Position numbers and translations under genes: made by a program
The notes under the pieces: model-generated
Told to the model about the DNA's origin: nothing
Database searches by the model: none
What the model saw: the letters and a program-made list of their open reading frames with translations, nothing else
NCBI GenBank assembly: GCA_043228905.1
Contig: JBHGNT010000003.1
Location: forward strand, 7,688,001 to 7,752,000
Direction of reading: 5' to 3'
Origin: Azolla caroliniana
Lineage: Eukaryota; Plantae; Polypodiophyta
Length of the DNA: 64,000 nucleotides
In this document: positions 25,797-39,100 of the stretch, piece by piece
Layout: every line of letters starts with the position of its first letter
How positions within the stretch are numbered: the first letter of the stretch is position 1

Positions 25797-26399
25797 GTTG
25801 GGACATCTAGCTTTGCGCTTGTATCTTGGTTTAAAACAAAATGCCAAACAATCACTAATCAAAACATCTGACAACACTTTTTTTATTGCTTTATGGATTG
25901 CATGAAGAGTCAATGACTATTGAAGTTACATGTAAAGAAACTATATGAGATTATCAAGTACACATTTTAGAGTGAATGAACGCATCCATCGCAAGGTAGA
26001 AAACAAAATGCAATGGAGCAACAAGCACTATCATGAACATGTTTACAAAACCACATGCATATATAATGCCTTAGTCATCATAAGAAGGTCATAATAAGAC
26101 TTAAACCCAAGACTTTTATTGTGAGTATATATCAAAGCTTTAATCAAAAGATTAACACAAAATATTTATTGCAAAGAACACGAAACGATCAATCTACTTA
26201 TCGAGGGCATAACTTTTCATAGATAATCTCATAATATTATGAGACACTGTCACCTCGCACAAGCTAATGCATGATCACTAAATGACACGTTTGCATGAAT
26301 GTGACGTGGCGAGCATGCATGGGCCCAAACATGCTCTATAAGCAATTGCTTTAGTGATTGATGAACCATTCTAGTTCAACGCCCATCTTTGACATATAC

Positions 26400-29300
26400 T
26401 TGTAATGTTGTTCTTTTTGTTAATATAAATATATTTTCCTCTTCTTTCTTATTCTCTTAATACTATTCTTATTCTCGACTACACCCCTAACAAGCACCAT
26501 CCCATGATTCATGTGAAAGTATCCATATTTTTTGAACAATCTCATGATCTCTAATACAAGTTTATAACTTGGGTTATTAAGCAAGCATTGCCATTTCCTA
26601 CTCATAAAAAAAGGTCATCGAAATCAACTTTTTGATGCGACACTTTATATCCAGAACAATTTCATGGAAAAAAACAATGGGTTTAAACCATAATTGTACA
26701 TGAGAGTGTATCTGCGATATGTTATGTTTGATCATGGTAAACTTTAAATAGTTTCTAGGATCATAACATGTTTTATATCTCTCAAACAACCTATTTTATA
26801 CAATAAGACACATACTCAAGAACTTCAATTATTTTGTCCATGTGCATTGTTTTATAATGGTTTTTGGATCATGAGAATTTGTAGATTCTTGCAATTCCAC
26901 ATGGTAACTCATTTCAAGTTGTACAATCTCATAAAACAATGAGAAGGTATGCTTACTAGGGACATTGGTTTGATGGGCCTTGAAAACATCAACCATTAGT
27001 ATACACTCATGGGCCATGACTCATGGGTTCTCCCAAGATTTTCATAAGGAAGTTTGTAAAGACACAAACTTTTATGCACTAGGAACCTTCAATACTCACT
27101 CTATAACTGTCGCATATTCCTTTATATAATGCATGACCCTAACTTCGATTCAATGTGGAAGGTAGTCCCGACATCCAAATTATGACCTCGTTGTAATGCA
27201 TGAATATAATATCATATGATTGCATATTGAAAGACTATTAAATTTGTAAGTTTATTAACTATAGTGATGTCCTTTGTTTATTTTAATGATGGTGAATGAT
27301 TGGAATTGTTGTTTTAATTTAATGAAATTTGAATTTGTAGATTATCCTCACATCTACGTGTTTCTAAAGGATCTAGTAACATTTTTTTCATGACAATATA
27401 TTTTCTCTTTCTTTCCATAAAGCTTTAGTTTTCCTATTTAAGAGTGGCTTTCAATTAGCACATTCAAAGGTTAGGGATCTGAATAATTGAATTATCTCAA
27501 ACATTAGTACATTACTACCCCTTTGGTGCATGCACGGAAAGGAACCATACCAAATGAAAATCACTATTAGAACAAGTTTATTCACATTATGAATTGTAAT
27601 AGACGTTGGTCAATCTAGCGCAGGATATGCAAAAGCTTCATAAAAACTACTATATAGTTATGCTTGTAGAGATTTATTCTTACAATTGAAGTTTCATAAC
27701 CTCGTGATAGGAGTAAACATACAACTGCTCTAGGATATCACTTCCAACTCATTCCCTGATGAGTCTCCACTTACTTCTTTACTTTCCTACAACAAATCTT
27801 TGAATCCCACATTAGTTTGTTCCCTTTGTGCATTGCTAAAAGTTGAAGTCACTATAAAATTCTCATTGACGAATTAGGAAGTACAATACATTAGAACACC
27901 ATATCTCTTAATAGTTGCATTGCTTAGAAAATTCCTCCATGGAGTAATGGTTGGTCCAATTACAATCATCATCACTTTCCATTGTTCAAGTACAATATTT
28001 TTTGTTCCTTTTGTACGAAACAACCTTAATAAATAAATAAAAATATTCCAATGTTGAACCTCACCTATATCAAGGCTTGGCTCAACTATGCTATTTTAGT
28101 TACCCCTTGTTCTACAATACTCATTCCCATTTGTATTGCTATATATTTTTCCTCCTAAAGTTGTAACAAACACAATTGAAGCTTTGGAGTTCATTTAAGC
28201 ATAGAACTATGAATTATCCTTGAACATCATCCCAAAACAAAACACGTCTTGATCTCATTAATATCAAACAAATTGTAAAGTGTGTAGAGGCATTTCAAAG
28301 AGAACATTGGAGAGAGTGAGGAAAAACATGAATTGTTGTAAACATCAAGGATCATATAGCATATGCAAATACAACAATGATAAGAAATTCTGGTTGCGGA
28401 AAGGTTTGTCTCGTGTTTGATGAATAGTGTCGCGTGACTTTAACCGCCACATTGGGCTTTGTATAATAATCTAGTAGGTGCAATGAAGGGCTAAGTTTTT
28501 ATGGTTTGTTGTGCCCCACTTCTTCGCCATAGATCCTTTTGCTTTAGCTATTGTATCCCACACCCCCTCCCTAGATTAGACAACTCATTGATTATTACCA
28601 CACTCAACGGAAGTTTTTGTACTCATTTTCCCAACAGAAAATATTCCTAGAAATACAATATCGTTAACCACTATTCTCCCCATGGATTTGTTGCACCCTT
28701 GCTTCTATAATATTCCAAGAGTTGCGGGCAAATGAACTTATATCTTACTCTATGTTGATTACATATACGTCTACAAGTACTCATAATGGATACAAATAAT
28801 CTGTTATATCATCTACAACAAATTGTCTTTCTATGGTGCATTGCGTAACAATGATACTAAAATCAGATACCAAAGTTCCCCTTACCATTATACCATGTTA
28901 TTAGAAATGCTATATACTCACCCATGTGCAACATTTCAAGCCTTTCATTATTGCTAAGAATGGCCAAGAGAGCAACCATTCCTTGAGTTTCTTTAACAAT
29001 TACTCGCTTATACTCTAGATGACCTTCCACAATGCCATTTCCTATTGCTTACCCAACCTATTCTTCCATTTGACTCTCACAACTTTGAAAATCCAATGAA
29101 CATAACATGATGTCCATTTCATCGATTTACTTCTACACAATTTAAAATTACCCTACTCTTTGTGTGTGTGTTTGGTAATTCTAGAGCCTTCTTGAAAGAG
29201 TCTTTCCTAGGAAGCTATATTATTATTCAAGGTTGTTGGTTAGGATGCTCACTTAAAAACCAAAATCATTAAGTCTAGGGGAGAAACATCATTGAGAATG

Positions 29301-29900
29301 TAATAATCATTGCTTTATTATATGTAGATGATATGTTTTTAACAAATATGTAGAATCTTAATATGAGTATTTTAAACTTTCACACATAAAGAAAGTTTCA
29401 TTTCAATAGCTCCAAAGCAAAGGTTATGCTTTTGACGATTCCCATTAAGGATGCAATGTGGGATTAGTGTATGGAGAACACTTTGCGAGGTGTTGCATGA
29501 CTTGGGATCACTCATTGCTTCACTAATTTGTGGAGGCTCACACTTCACAATTAATTTTACATATATTGCACCAAACTACACAACCATATTCTCCTATGAC
29601 GGGGCAAAATGTGGTTTCCCTTACATGCTAGAACCCACCCCATGGTCCACAATCAACATCACTGCTTTAATAATGATTGAATGTGCATTTTATTCAATGT
29701 GAGACATGGCCATTAGGCCACCACCAATAAAAAGACTCGTCAACTATGTATACTTTCCCCCAAACAAGGTTATGAGTTTCTACATTACACTTTATTGCAA
29801 TGCTCTAACTTCAATTGTGTTTGAGTTTGCTTTCTCTACCTACCTATTCAAGCATGACCTATCCCCAAATGAATGTCTCTCTCATTTTGAATTGCAATTT
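26400..29900. mobile_element. Highly degraded retroelement debris, including a Ty1/copia-like RT motif
   Basis: Plus strand about 29303-29338 reads IIIALLYVDDMF (copia YVDD). The rest is fragmentary and no termini were found. Confidence 0.35.
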
Positions 29901-30260
29901 CATCTATAAAATTCTTAAACAATGCTAGATTGCGTACCAACTCCACACACACTACTTGAAAATGTTCCAGTTTGGTACTAATGGTCAAATTCGACATACA
30001 AGGACAATGATAATATCTATCTATCTATCTCTCACTCTCAATATCGAGAGTTCTAAGCTAACTTTGATATCCTCATTATCCATCATCGTAGTGTGCTTAG
30101 CAAGGAGAAGTGTATATAATTTGTCAGGTCTTATTCACTCACATGGTAGGCAATCAAGAAGTGGAGACAAACATCTAAGTTTTCGAGCAAAAGCGATGTG
30201 GGGAATTGGAAGAGAACAATTTGCTACCCAATCTTCCCTTCTCCCTCGTTCGCCCCCCAC

Positions 30261-30292
<32 letters not shown>

Positions 30293-30947
30293 GAAAAACA
30301 AACAAAGGAAACCAAATCCAGAAAGGAACAAAACGACACAAAAGTACAAATACAAACATGATTTGTGAAAAGGAGAGACAGAAGCCCATTGCATGCAAAA
30401 TACATGGGGGTAGACAGAGAGAGAATTATTGCACTTCATAAAAAAAGGGGTTGGAATTTGGGTACACACTCTCACTCTCTCTCTTTTATCTAAGTTCTCT
30501 TTTCTTTTCTTTTTATTTTGAATGATTGGGTACAGAGTGCACACCCCATTTTGACAGAGTGCACACCCCATTTTGTTGTAAACCAATTGTCTCATGGGCC
30601 AAATTTGGTCTTATAAGACGTTAATATATCTTTCTTTCTTTCTTTCTCCCTCTTGTCGCCCTCGTAAAAAGCTAATATTAGGCTTTTATCATCGACACAC
30701 ATGTTGGGTAGGTCATGGTTCGAATCCTACACACCCACTTTTCCTTGTTTGGTAGGTCATGGGTCTAAAGAAGACTCCACACATGTTTGGTAGGTCATGG
30801 GTTCAAATCCTACTCTTCCTTCCTTTCTTTTGTGTCTAAAGAAGAATCCAACACACATCATCTAACAACTACCTTTCTCCTAAAACTTAGAATTTACTCT
30901 CTCTTGTCTCTTTGTCTCCTCATGAGCTTTCCTCCTAGGAGCTGTAG

Positions 30948-32471
30948 ATGAGGGGCATCAAGGGCCTGATCAGAACAGTTAGGAGCTATGTCTCTCACAA
31001 TCATGTTGTTGTTGATGATGGTGATGGTGATGATGATTTTCTGAAGACTTCGGAATGTAGCACTTCCGGATCGGCGAGGAATCGAGCTCATGCAAAACAT
31101 GATGCCGGAACTAGCCATAGTAAGGTGAGAGATGAGAGCTATGGTGTTCAATTAAGGTCCAGCCATGGCCACCATGTGGCTCCAAAGACAGAGCACTCGG
31201 AGATGGTCGGCAAGGCGGCCGCGTGGTTGTGGTACATGCGAGGAAATGGGAACTGGTATAATAATAACTGTAATGATCTTCCCAGTTCTCTTTCTTCTTT
31301 GTCCATGGACCGAGAGAGATGTCCGAATGTGCCGGAATCATGGCTGGCCGGCCATGGCCACCGGACAAGAAAGGAGTCCCGATTCAAGCTCGAGGCACTC
31401 GCGACAATTCATCATCATTTGGCCGATGCCTCCGCTAATATGCCTCCTACTACCGATATATTTAGCGAAATTGTGGATGAGATTGACATGAATCATGACC
31501 AATTCAATGACATGTTTTCTCCTCCGGAATCGAAAGATCCGGCCCATCAAGTGGTGGTGGTACGCATCGATGGCCGGCTTACATGTTGCCTCTCGGCCAA
31601 CCCGAGAATCTCTTCACCTTCCACACTTAGAACCCCTCTATCCCGGCCATCCGAACCTGGTGGAAGTAAGCTTGATTTTGTTGTAACCACTATTTGTGGC
31701 GGTAGCGATCAACAATGCACTACTTCTTCTTCTTCGCCTTCTTCTTCTTCTTCGTCTCTTGTCCACTGGCGGCCTCTCGATAGCCATGACTATGAGCTGG
31801 ATGCTCGATATAACAGTTCGGCTCGGCATAGATCCTCCTCGCACCGGCTTGACAGGAGGTCAAGGATCATATGTGGTGGTTCCCAACACCATTTGCCATG
31901 TGATGTGTCGGCCTATGCATCGGAGGGTGAGAATGATAGCCATGGCATTACGCATATCGAATGTGACATGCCATGGCACATCGAGCACTCCGATGACACT
32001 GATCATGATGTGGATAGCCACCACAATGAAGGTATAACACATGTAAAGAGCCAACATTGTCATGAAGGGGGTGAAGCCGGCCTCGAATACCATGGTATCT
32101 CATGTAGTAATAGTAGTAGTAGTAGTTGTTGTAGTAGTGGTGATGATGTAAGAGGCATCATTGTTTCGGCTCTATCGAACAATGAGCATAGCTCTCAAAT
32201 GAGGCGAGAATGGCGGCATAGGCAATCATCGGGGGCTTCTCAACTGGTGATGTGTACCATAGATCATTTAATGAATGGACTCAAGAAAGCAGCCAGTTTT
32301 AACATGAGTAGATCTAGTACCACTTCTGATAATGAATGTAGTAGCCATGTTAACATGGCCATGGATGGCCCCAAGGCCGCCACCGCCGCCCATCCGTATT
32401 GGTGGCATTGCCGTCATTTTCTCCCCCGTAGCCGGTATCGCCGCCGCCGTGTCACGGCAGAGATCAATTGA
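30948..32471 (+). CDS. Uncharacterised, largely low-complexity (Ser/His/Asp-rich) plant protein, intronless, 507 aa
   Basis: Long uninterrupted ORF in a GC-elevated island with a pyrimidine-rich leader. KAAAWLWY...SRFKLEA resembles the KA(A/V)AxAW...SRFKLEA signature I recall from a small uncharacterised land-plant family; not verified by search. Confidence 0.7.
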   Translation: MRGIKGLIRTVRSYVSHNHVVVDDGDGDDDFLKTSECSTSGSARNRAHAKHDAGTSHSKVRDESYGVQLRSSHGHHVAPKTEHSEMVGKAAAWLWYMRGNGNWYNNNCNDLPSSLSSLSMDRERCPNVPESWLAGHGHRTRKESRFKLEALATIHHHLADASANMPPTTDIFSEIVDEIDMNHDQFNDMFSPPESKDPAHQVVVVRIDGRLTCCLSANPRISSPSTLRTPLSRPSEPGGSKLDFVVTTICGGSDQQCTTSSSSPSSSSSSLVHWRPLDSHDYELDARYNSSARHRSSSHRLDRRSRIICGGSQHHLPCDVSAYASEGENDSHGITHIECDMPWHIEHSDDTDHDVDSHHNEGITHVKSQHCHEGGEAGLEYHGISCSNSSSSSCCSSGDDVRGIIVSALSNNEHSSQMRREWRHRQSSGASQLVMCTIDHLMNGLKKAASFNMSRSSTTSDNECSSHVNMAMDGPKAATAAHPYWWHCRHFLPRSRYRRRRVTAEIN

Positions 32472-33107
32472 AGGATTTCCCATGGTAGAGATCCATCGAA
32501 GTATTTAGCATGGTATGAGATCCATTGAAGCATTTCCCATGGTCAAGATCGATCGAAGTGTTTTAGCATGGTAGAGATCAATTCAAGCATTTCCCATGGT
32601 GGATAGAGATTCGATCAAAGTGTTTAGCATGGTAGAGATCAATTGAAGGATTTCCCATGGTAGATAGACATTGGTCGAAGTGTTTTAGCATGGTAAAATC
32701 AATTGAAGGATTTCCCATGGTAGATAGAGATGGATCGAGGTGTTTGGCATGGTAGAGATCAATTGAAGGATTTCCCATGGTATACATCGAGTCAAAGTGT
32801 TCTAGCATGGTAAGAGATCAATCGAAGCATTTCCCATGGTCGACATTGATCGAAGTGGTTAGCATGGTAAAGATCAATTGAAGCATTTCTCATGATAGAG
32901 ATCGATCGAAGTGTTTTAGCATGGTAGAGATCAATTGAAGGATTTCCCATTGTAGAGATCAATCGAAGTGTTTACCTTGGTAAGAGATCAATCGAAGCAT
33001 TTCCCATGGTAACGATCGAATCGAAGTGTTTTAGCATGGTAGAGATCAATTGAAACATTTCCCATGGTAGAGATTCGATCAAAGTGTTTAACATGGTAGA
33101 GATTGAT
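32459..33107. repeat. Tandem array of about 22 monomers (28-32 bp) with alternating A/B dimeric structure
   Basis: A = AGAGATCAATTGAAG(G/C)ATTTCCCATGGT, B = AGAGATCGATCGAAGTGTTTTAGCATGGT, alternating throughout. Confidence 0.95.
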
Positions 33108-35296
33108 CCGCAAGGGCCATCATTTGGTGCCTTGATTTCGGTAATAATGTGGTACTAAACCACGTTATCAAATCCCTAAGTTGTACTAAACCCCATTTTG
33201 CTCAATGTTTACAATAATCAATGCCCTTTTGAAAATTATGCGTTTTCCCGCCTAACTATGAAAGAGAGTCTTCGACAAAAAAGTTCTAAAAACTTGGTCA
33301 AGGCCGGACGAACTACGAGTCCCATTGCCATTATTTAAAGTCTAGTACAGGTTTTAATTCACAATTCGAATCCTATATGCCCCATGTGTTGGTTCCTTGA
33401 AATAGTATTGAGCTTCATGCTCATTTTAATCGATCTATCCAAGAATATAAGCTTTTCATGTGGATGCATTCAATCAAAGGCATTTGGAAGTTCAATCCGT
33501 ATTATGTATTGACATACACAATGTGATAATAAACGTTGCACGGGCGACATACAATAAATTTGCTCTTACCAGTGCAATTTTAAAATGCAATATTGATTCG
33601 TATTTGGTATTTGTTCTTCTCATCTTGAAATTAGTCCTTGCAATGATGATATATTTGTTGTGTACGAATCGATCTCCTTTGAAGCTTACATTCATTATCA
33701 CATTGGTATAACATAAATGAAATTCTCAAAGTATAAGCCAATTTACAAGGAGAAAAACAATACTATATAAGAACATTGCATTCTACATGATGCTTTATAG
33801 TATATACAATACTATATGACTGACTAAATTGGATGTACTTCCCAATCCACATTAAATAATTTACGAGTAACTATCTAAGCAGTCATAATGGGCCTCTTGA
33901 AATTGAAACACATCCACAATAAGAGAATAGTTAAAACCAAAAGCCCCATAATACCATATAGCCACAAGAAATATTTTAACATGAACACGGGCTCCAAGGT
34001 ACTTACACCATGAAACGTGATGAAATTTGAAAAGAGAAGGATAAAACTTTGCTAGGTCAAAATGAGTAGGCCTCTTATTGTAAACCAACTCTTTCTTATG
34101 ACGCCAATCCAGATGATTATATGGTTAACATATTGTATGATTGTGTATCTAGCATAATATATATATTATCAATACACACTTTTTTAGCATTAGCCAACAA
34201 GACTGGATAAACACACTTAACCATTCATTTTCCCTTTGTACAAAAAATACTATGCATATTGTGACCAAACACACCTATCATCTATAATTGTACATAGAAC
34301 TTAAAGCTTTATTTAAATATCCTCATCCATCTATTCCTTTGCCTTGATCAACACTATGTAGTTTTGTCTTCTTTGGGGGTTCCTCGCAACAGGGGTCCAA
34401 CAACTTGAGGCCAACCTGCATCAAACTTTCTTTGTGTTTCTTGCTCCCATTCTTTCGTTAGAGTTCATGGAACTGTACCTATTATAAATTATCACAATAG
34501 AATCAAGATATGGCACAACAAGGTCCTATTGTTGGTGTGTGCTAATTAGATAATTCATCTTGTAATTAGCAATAAAGATGCAAGTGTATGATGAGACACA
34601 TAATTAGAATCTACTTCCACAATTCATATGCCGACTACTCAAACATTGGGTTGTTACCCTTACATATCGGTTCCAAAGAGCTTTTGCATCTTTATTGTCC
34701 TAATGCATGATATATATAAATTTGAAAATGTTAAGCACAAATTTTCTTCTCTACGTAACGTTAAAAAGCACGTCGAATTTTGAGGCTTTTCCAAAAAGTG
34801 AGTGACATGAGAACCAAACTCAACAATGAATTATTCTTGTGCCAAGATAATACAAACATATAGGCAATCTAATATGGTAGTACATTATTGATCATTCAAG
34901 GATATTGTTGGTACCATGAGCACAACTTATGACATCGATAAGTAAACTTGGAACACTAGTAACTACAATCATGCCAAGTTCCAACCCATAGTGAAACACA
35001 TGGCTAAAAAGGAAATAAAAAACACAATTGTCATATGATTTCTCTATAAATTTATTTTCTTGAACCATCTACTCTTGTTGTTTTTCCACATCTTGTTTTT
35101 CTTCTTCTTGAAACCCTCTAGTTGCAACTTCTCTTCATATTGTCAATGGGAGGTGGTGTTTTTGTTCTCCTGTTATGGTTATCTAACAACTACTTTACTT
35201 CATTTGTACCTATGAGCCAAGCCAACAACTAAAAATCATATACAAACAACCTCTTATCATGGAGCCAATCCTACGACTGAAACCTTCTCCCAAAGA

Positions 35297-35546
35297 GAAG
35301 CTTACAACGTTAGATTGAAATCCTTTCAAAAAGCTTTGTAAAATAGAAGCTTACTTAGACATGTGATTTAATCTGGAGAAAACATGAGATGTCCATGATT
35401 AGGTTTCATAAATACTTTCATAAATTGCAACAATGAGAAACTTACAATGTTAGATTCAGATCTTTTCAAAAAGCTTTGCAATATAGGATCTAACTGAGAC
35501 ATGTGATTTAATTAGGACAAAACAGGAGATGTCCATGGTTAGGTTT
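35297..35546. repeat. Diverged two-copy direct repeat (about 110 bp, period about 140 bp)
   Basis: GAA(G/A)CTTACAA(C/T)GTTAGATT...TTTCAAAAAGCTTTG...AGACATGTGATTTAAT...AGATGTCCATG(A/G)TTAGGTTT occurs twice. Confidence 0.8.
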
Positions 35547-35940
35547 GGATTGACAAAATGTAGATAAAATACTTGTTATTGAATGTGCAAGCAACATGTG
35601 AATACGGTGCAATTCAATAATACGGCTTTTACATTAGAAAATTATGATTCAAATACACATATGGTCATGCATGATTGCATATGACATAGCAAACATTATA
35701 CATTCATATGTATACCACATGATTTCCTACATGTGGGATAGAAAACAAAATACAACCACACAAGTAGATAGCTATATAAAACCAATCATCATGCATGCAT
35801 ATTGATAAGAGATTGAAGCGAGAAAAAAGCATATGATTAAAACTCCATAAAAGTTCAGGGAAAAACAAACAAACAATCAACAATCAATTTGTGTCTATGC
35901 GTGGAGATCTAGAATTGCATGGACCAACCAACACCTCATA

Positions 35941-36124
35941 TTTATAGCGAGACCCAAGGCCCCCAGACAAGTTCACACTTGGCCTAATGGGTTGTCTCAA
36001 TCCCGCGGATTAAAAGTAATCCTCCCCTTCTTTACACTCTTGTTTAACCCTCACACTTATCCACGTGTATAGAATACTATGGTAAATTCTCACCATGGGA
36101 TATTATATGGTCATGGTCGTAACA
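35941..36124 (-). mobile_element. U3 half of a family-C LTR
   Basis: Reverse complement matches the family-C LTR (51542 onward) from the TGTTACG start to the TATA box. Sequence beyond the TATA box differs. Confidence 0.88.
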
Positions 36125-39100
36125 AACATAGGGCAAATTCCATGTTATGTTTGAACAAATAGTAAAGAATTTAGTAAATACCTCCATGTTGTGTTTGAAC
36201 AAGTAAAGGATTCAATGAATACCTCCAAAGATTTTCCTTTGCCTAGTGAGGTCCCATACGATGTAGGAGATGGCAAAGGAACCCAAAACGTAAGGGATCA
36301 CCACCTTGGCAGGGACAAGAGACATCTCTCTCTGTCTCTCTCTATTACACTATATGCGTGTATTAATGTATGTTGCTACTATGTACTTGGTTCCCTATAT
36401 CTATATTATTAAAATTTCTTTATTCCCCCCAATGCCCAAGTTTTCCTTACCTCAAACAACCCCACCCTAAATACCCTTTGTTACTTAGACACAAAAAAAG
36501 GAAGTGCTCGCTTACTCGTACAAATGCACGAAGTAACCCACATAGTTCAGGGAGGGTTGATTTCGGGTGTTTATGGAATAACCGGAGGCTTCTTTGGAGT
36601 TCCCCTCTTTGTTGTATTGTGCTTTGGTTTCTTGCTTTTGTTGGGCATGGAGTAAAGGTTCTTGTTTAGGGAACTTTACCCATATTTGTCTAGGAAATTC
36701 TGATAATATCAATAATATATTATTTCATGTCAATCATCCAAGGGAAGCTACTTCTTATACTCTCAAGGTTTGGGGGATATACATTCATTCAACCAAGGTT
36801 TTTATATCTCTCTTTAATCAATCAAGTATGTGTATGCACTGGATATGACGACAAATATAACAAAAAAATCTCATAGTTTCTATGAGCTTATTTCAATCAT
36901 GCAACTCAAATTCCCCACCATTCTCCACTTTTCATCTCCTCTTTTAGGGAAAATTGATTTTCCTCTTTCATGAAAAATAAAGGAATTAAATATTAGTATT
37001 TACATTTTTATGCATTGTAGTTTAATGGATTAACTCATATGAGGAACCAAGCTACACGGTTTGAATACCAAAACTACTACAATTGGGATCTATTGGTTGA
37101 AAGATTTGGTTGGAAGGCATGTCTAGCATGTAGACATTAGGATGTCCATACATTCACATGGACTCTCCCCTTCACTCACCCCTTCATCACCAACATCAAC
37201 AATAGTGCTAGTCGTCCAATATTATGTCAACATCCATTAGATACCAATAAGATGGGTGGAATTTGTGCAAAAAACTTGTGTCCACATGGTTAAGGTGACA
37301 ATCCTGATCACATAGGGTTATGATGAAGGGAGTGTTAGCATGAGTTAAGCAAGGCCAACCTAACATATCTAGAATTACTATAAGACATGGTTGTTTTGGG
37401 CTGCAAATTGTAGCCCTATTTCAATAAAAGGTCATTGTTTGAAAAGGAGATTCATCCCTTCTCTTCTGGATTAGAATTTGTGCATTCTCTTGCCAAGGTT
37501 GCTAATGGTGGGAAACTCTCAAGCCAATTGTGTAGTTCCATTAAAAGCATTTCTTGAGATGCCGATGTCCACAAACATGTGCAAATGCTAGAATAGTTCC
37601 CTAATTTGAGAAAACCATTCTCACTATTTAATTAGTCATGATTCTCATCATAAGTCTAATTTAACCATAGTCATCATGTATGTTATTAGACATGCACATA
37701 ATCAATCACTAGTCATGCTCATAATCATCTATTAATCACATTCAAAGCAAATATTAAGCTCAAAGTTTGCACATTAGCCCTTCATGTCTTGTTATAAATA
37801 TATAATAAGAATTTGATTTCACATCAAATACATTTTAATAATGTGAACCCTAGATTGCCAATAGACAACACCCAGTATCCACGAGATATTAAGTGTTAAG
37901 CTACCATTACATCTAAACCTAAATGTTGACATAAAGTATTGCTTACACAATTATTACAGTTTCTAATAAAAAATCTATCGTTAAAATATATAAACATGAT
38001 ACTCTTAGTTGTAAAGCATGCGATTCATAACATTAGTGGTAAATGTGGGTCCAAGTGTTGTAATGTCAAGTTTGTGGTCATTTACATGCACCACTTATTA
38101 AACAAATATTGTTTTTACCATTTGGCAATTATCTATTTCCCCACAACCCAAGAAATGAAAAGATAGCATTGTGGTTGAAAAGGCAAGTGTTAATGGACAA
38201 TAATTCACCCATGAACTTCGGTGTTTGTTAAAAGAGTTTTAAGATATATGAAATAATAGTTTTGTAAATATCCCCTCTCAAGCATTGATCCGACCAATCC
38301 AGATGATGCACATTATAACACATAATTACTCATATCACATTCCACCAAGTTATGTACGTGTCTGCTTATGCCTCAACATACTTGTAAAATTAGAAATGAG
38401 ACTATCAACAACCTTGATAACTCTTATTGATCGTTACATGCATATAAATAAGAACATTATTAATCCATGATTAACAACCCACTTGTTTGTTAGTACAAAT
38501 ATTCTAGCATTTATTCAAGTTCATTACGCATACTAGCGTGTATTCTTGTGTCTGTAAGCAATCTGTGCCTAATTCCTCATTTTTACTCGAGTTCATCACA
38601 CATGAGTAATTTGCTCCTTAACAATAGCTTTGCAATGTCATCAATGGCATTTCTCCACAATAAAATGAGCAAAAAGAATCACACAAGACTTCAAAAGGCA
38701 ATACTAATAAAACACCATTACAATATGGCTGGAAAATGTAAAATCACAGCCGTGCAAATTGGAAGAGAGGTGTTTAAATGTCGTGAATATCCATGACATG
38801 CGAAATTTTCAAATTTTGAGTGCTTCAATGCGACATTGTAAATATTTGACTTATCAAATAACAACTAGTGTGAAGCTGTGCATATGTGATAAAGGGGCGC
38901 ATGTTATAACGGGAAATCATTTCGTTTACATAGAGTCATTGGATTCATTCATAAATGCTTCACATAAGAATAATTGAAATTTAGCTATCATGTTTGAGTG
39001 ACGTTTACTCCAATATTTCAAAATTCCCATTAGGTGTACTTTCTTGCTTGCTAGCCTCTTCTCTTTTCCTCTGACATAAATCACTCTCTCTCTTTTACTA

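Noticed and set aside
26280-26330. Cluster of ACGT-core and CATGCA motifs as a PPR enhancer
   Set aside because: Short motifs are expected by chance in this TGCA/CATG-rich sequence and there is no independent support.
32459-33107. CRISPR-like appearance (regular ~29-bp repeats with variable intervening units)
   Set aside because: The intervening units are themselves homologous repeats rather than unique spacers, there are no cas genes, and the context is eukaryotic.
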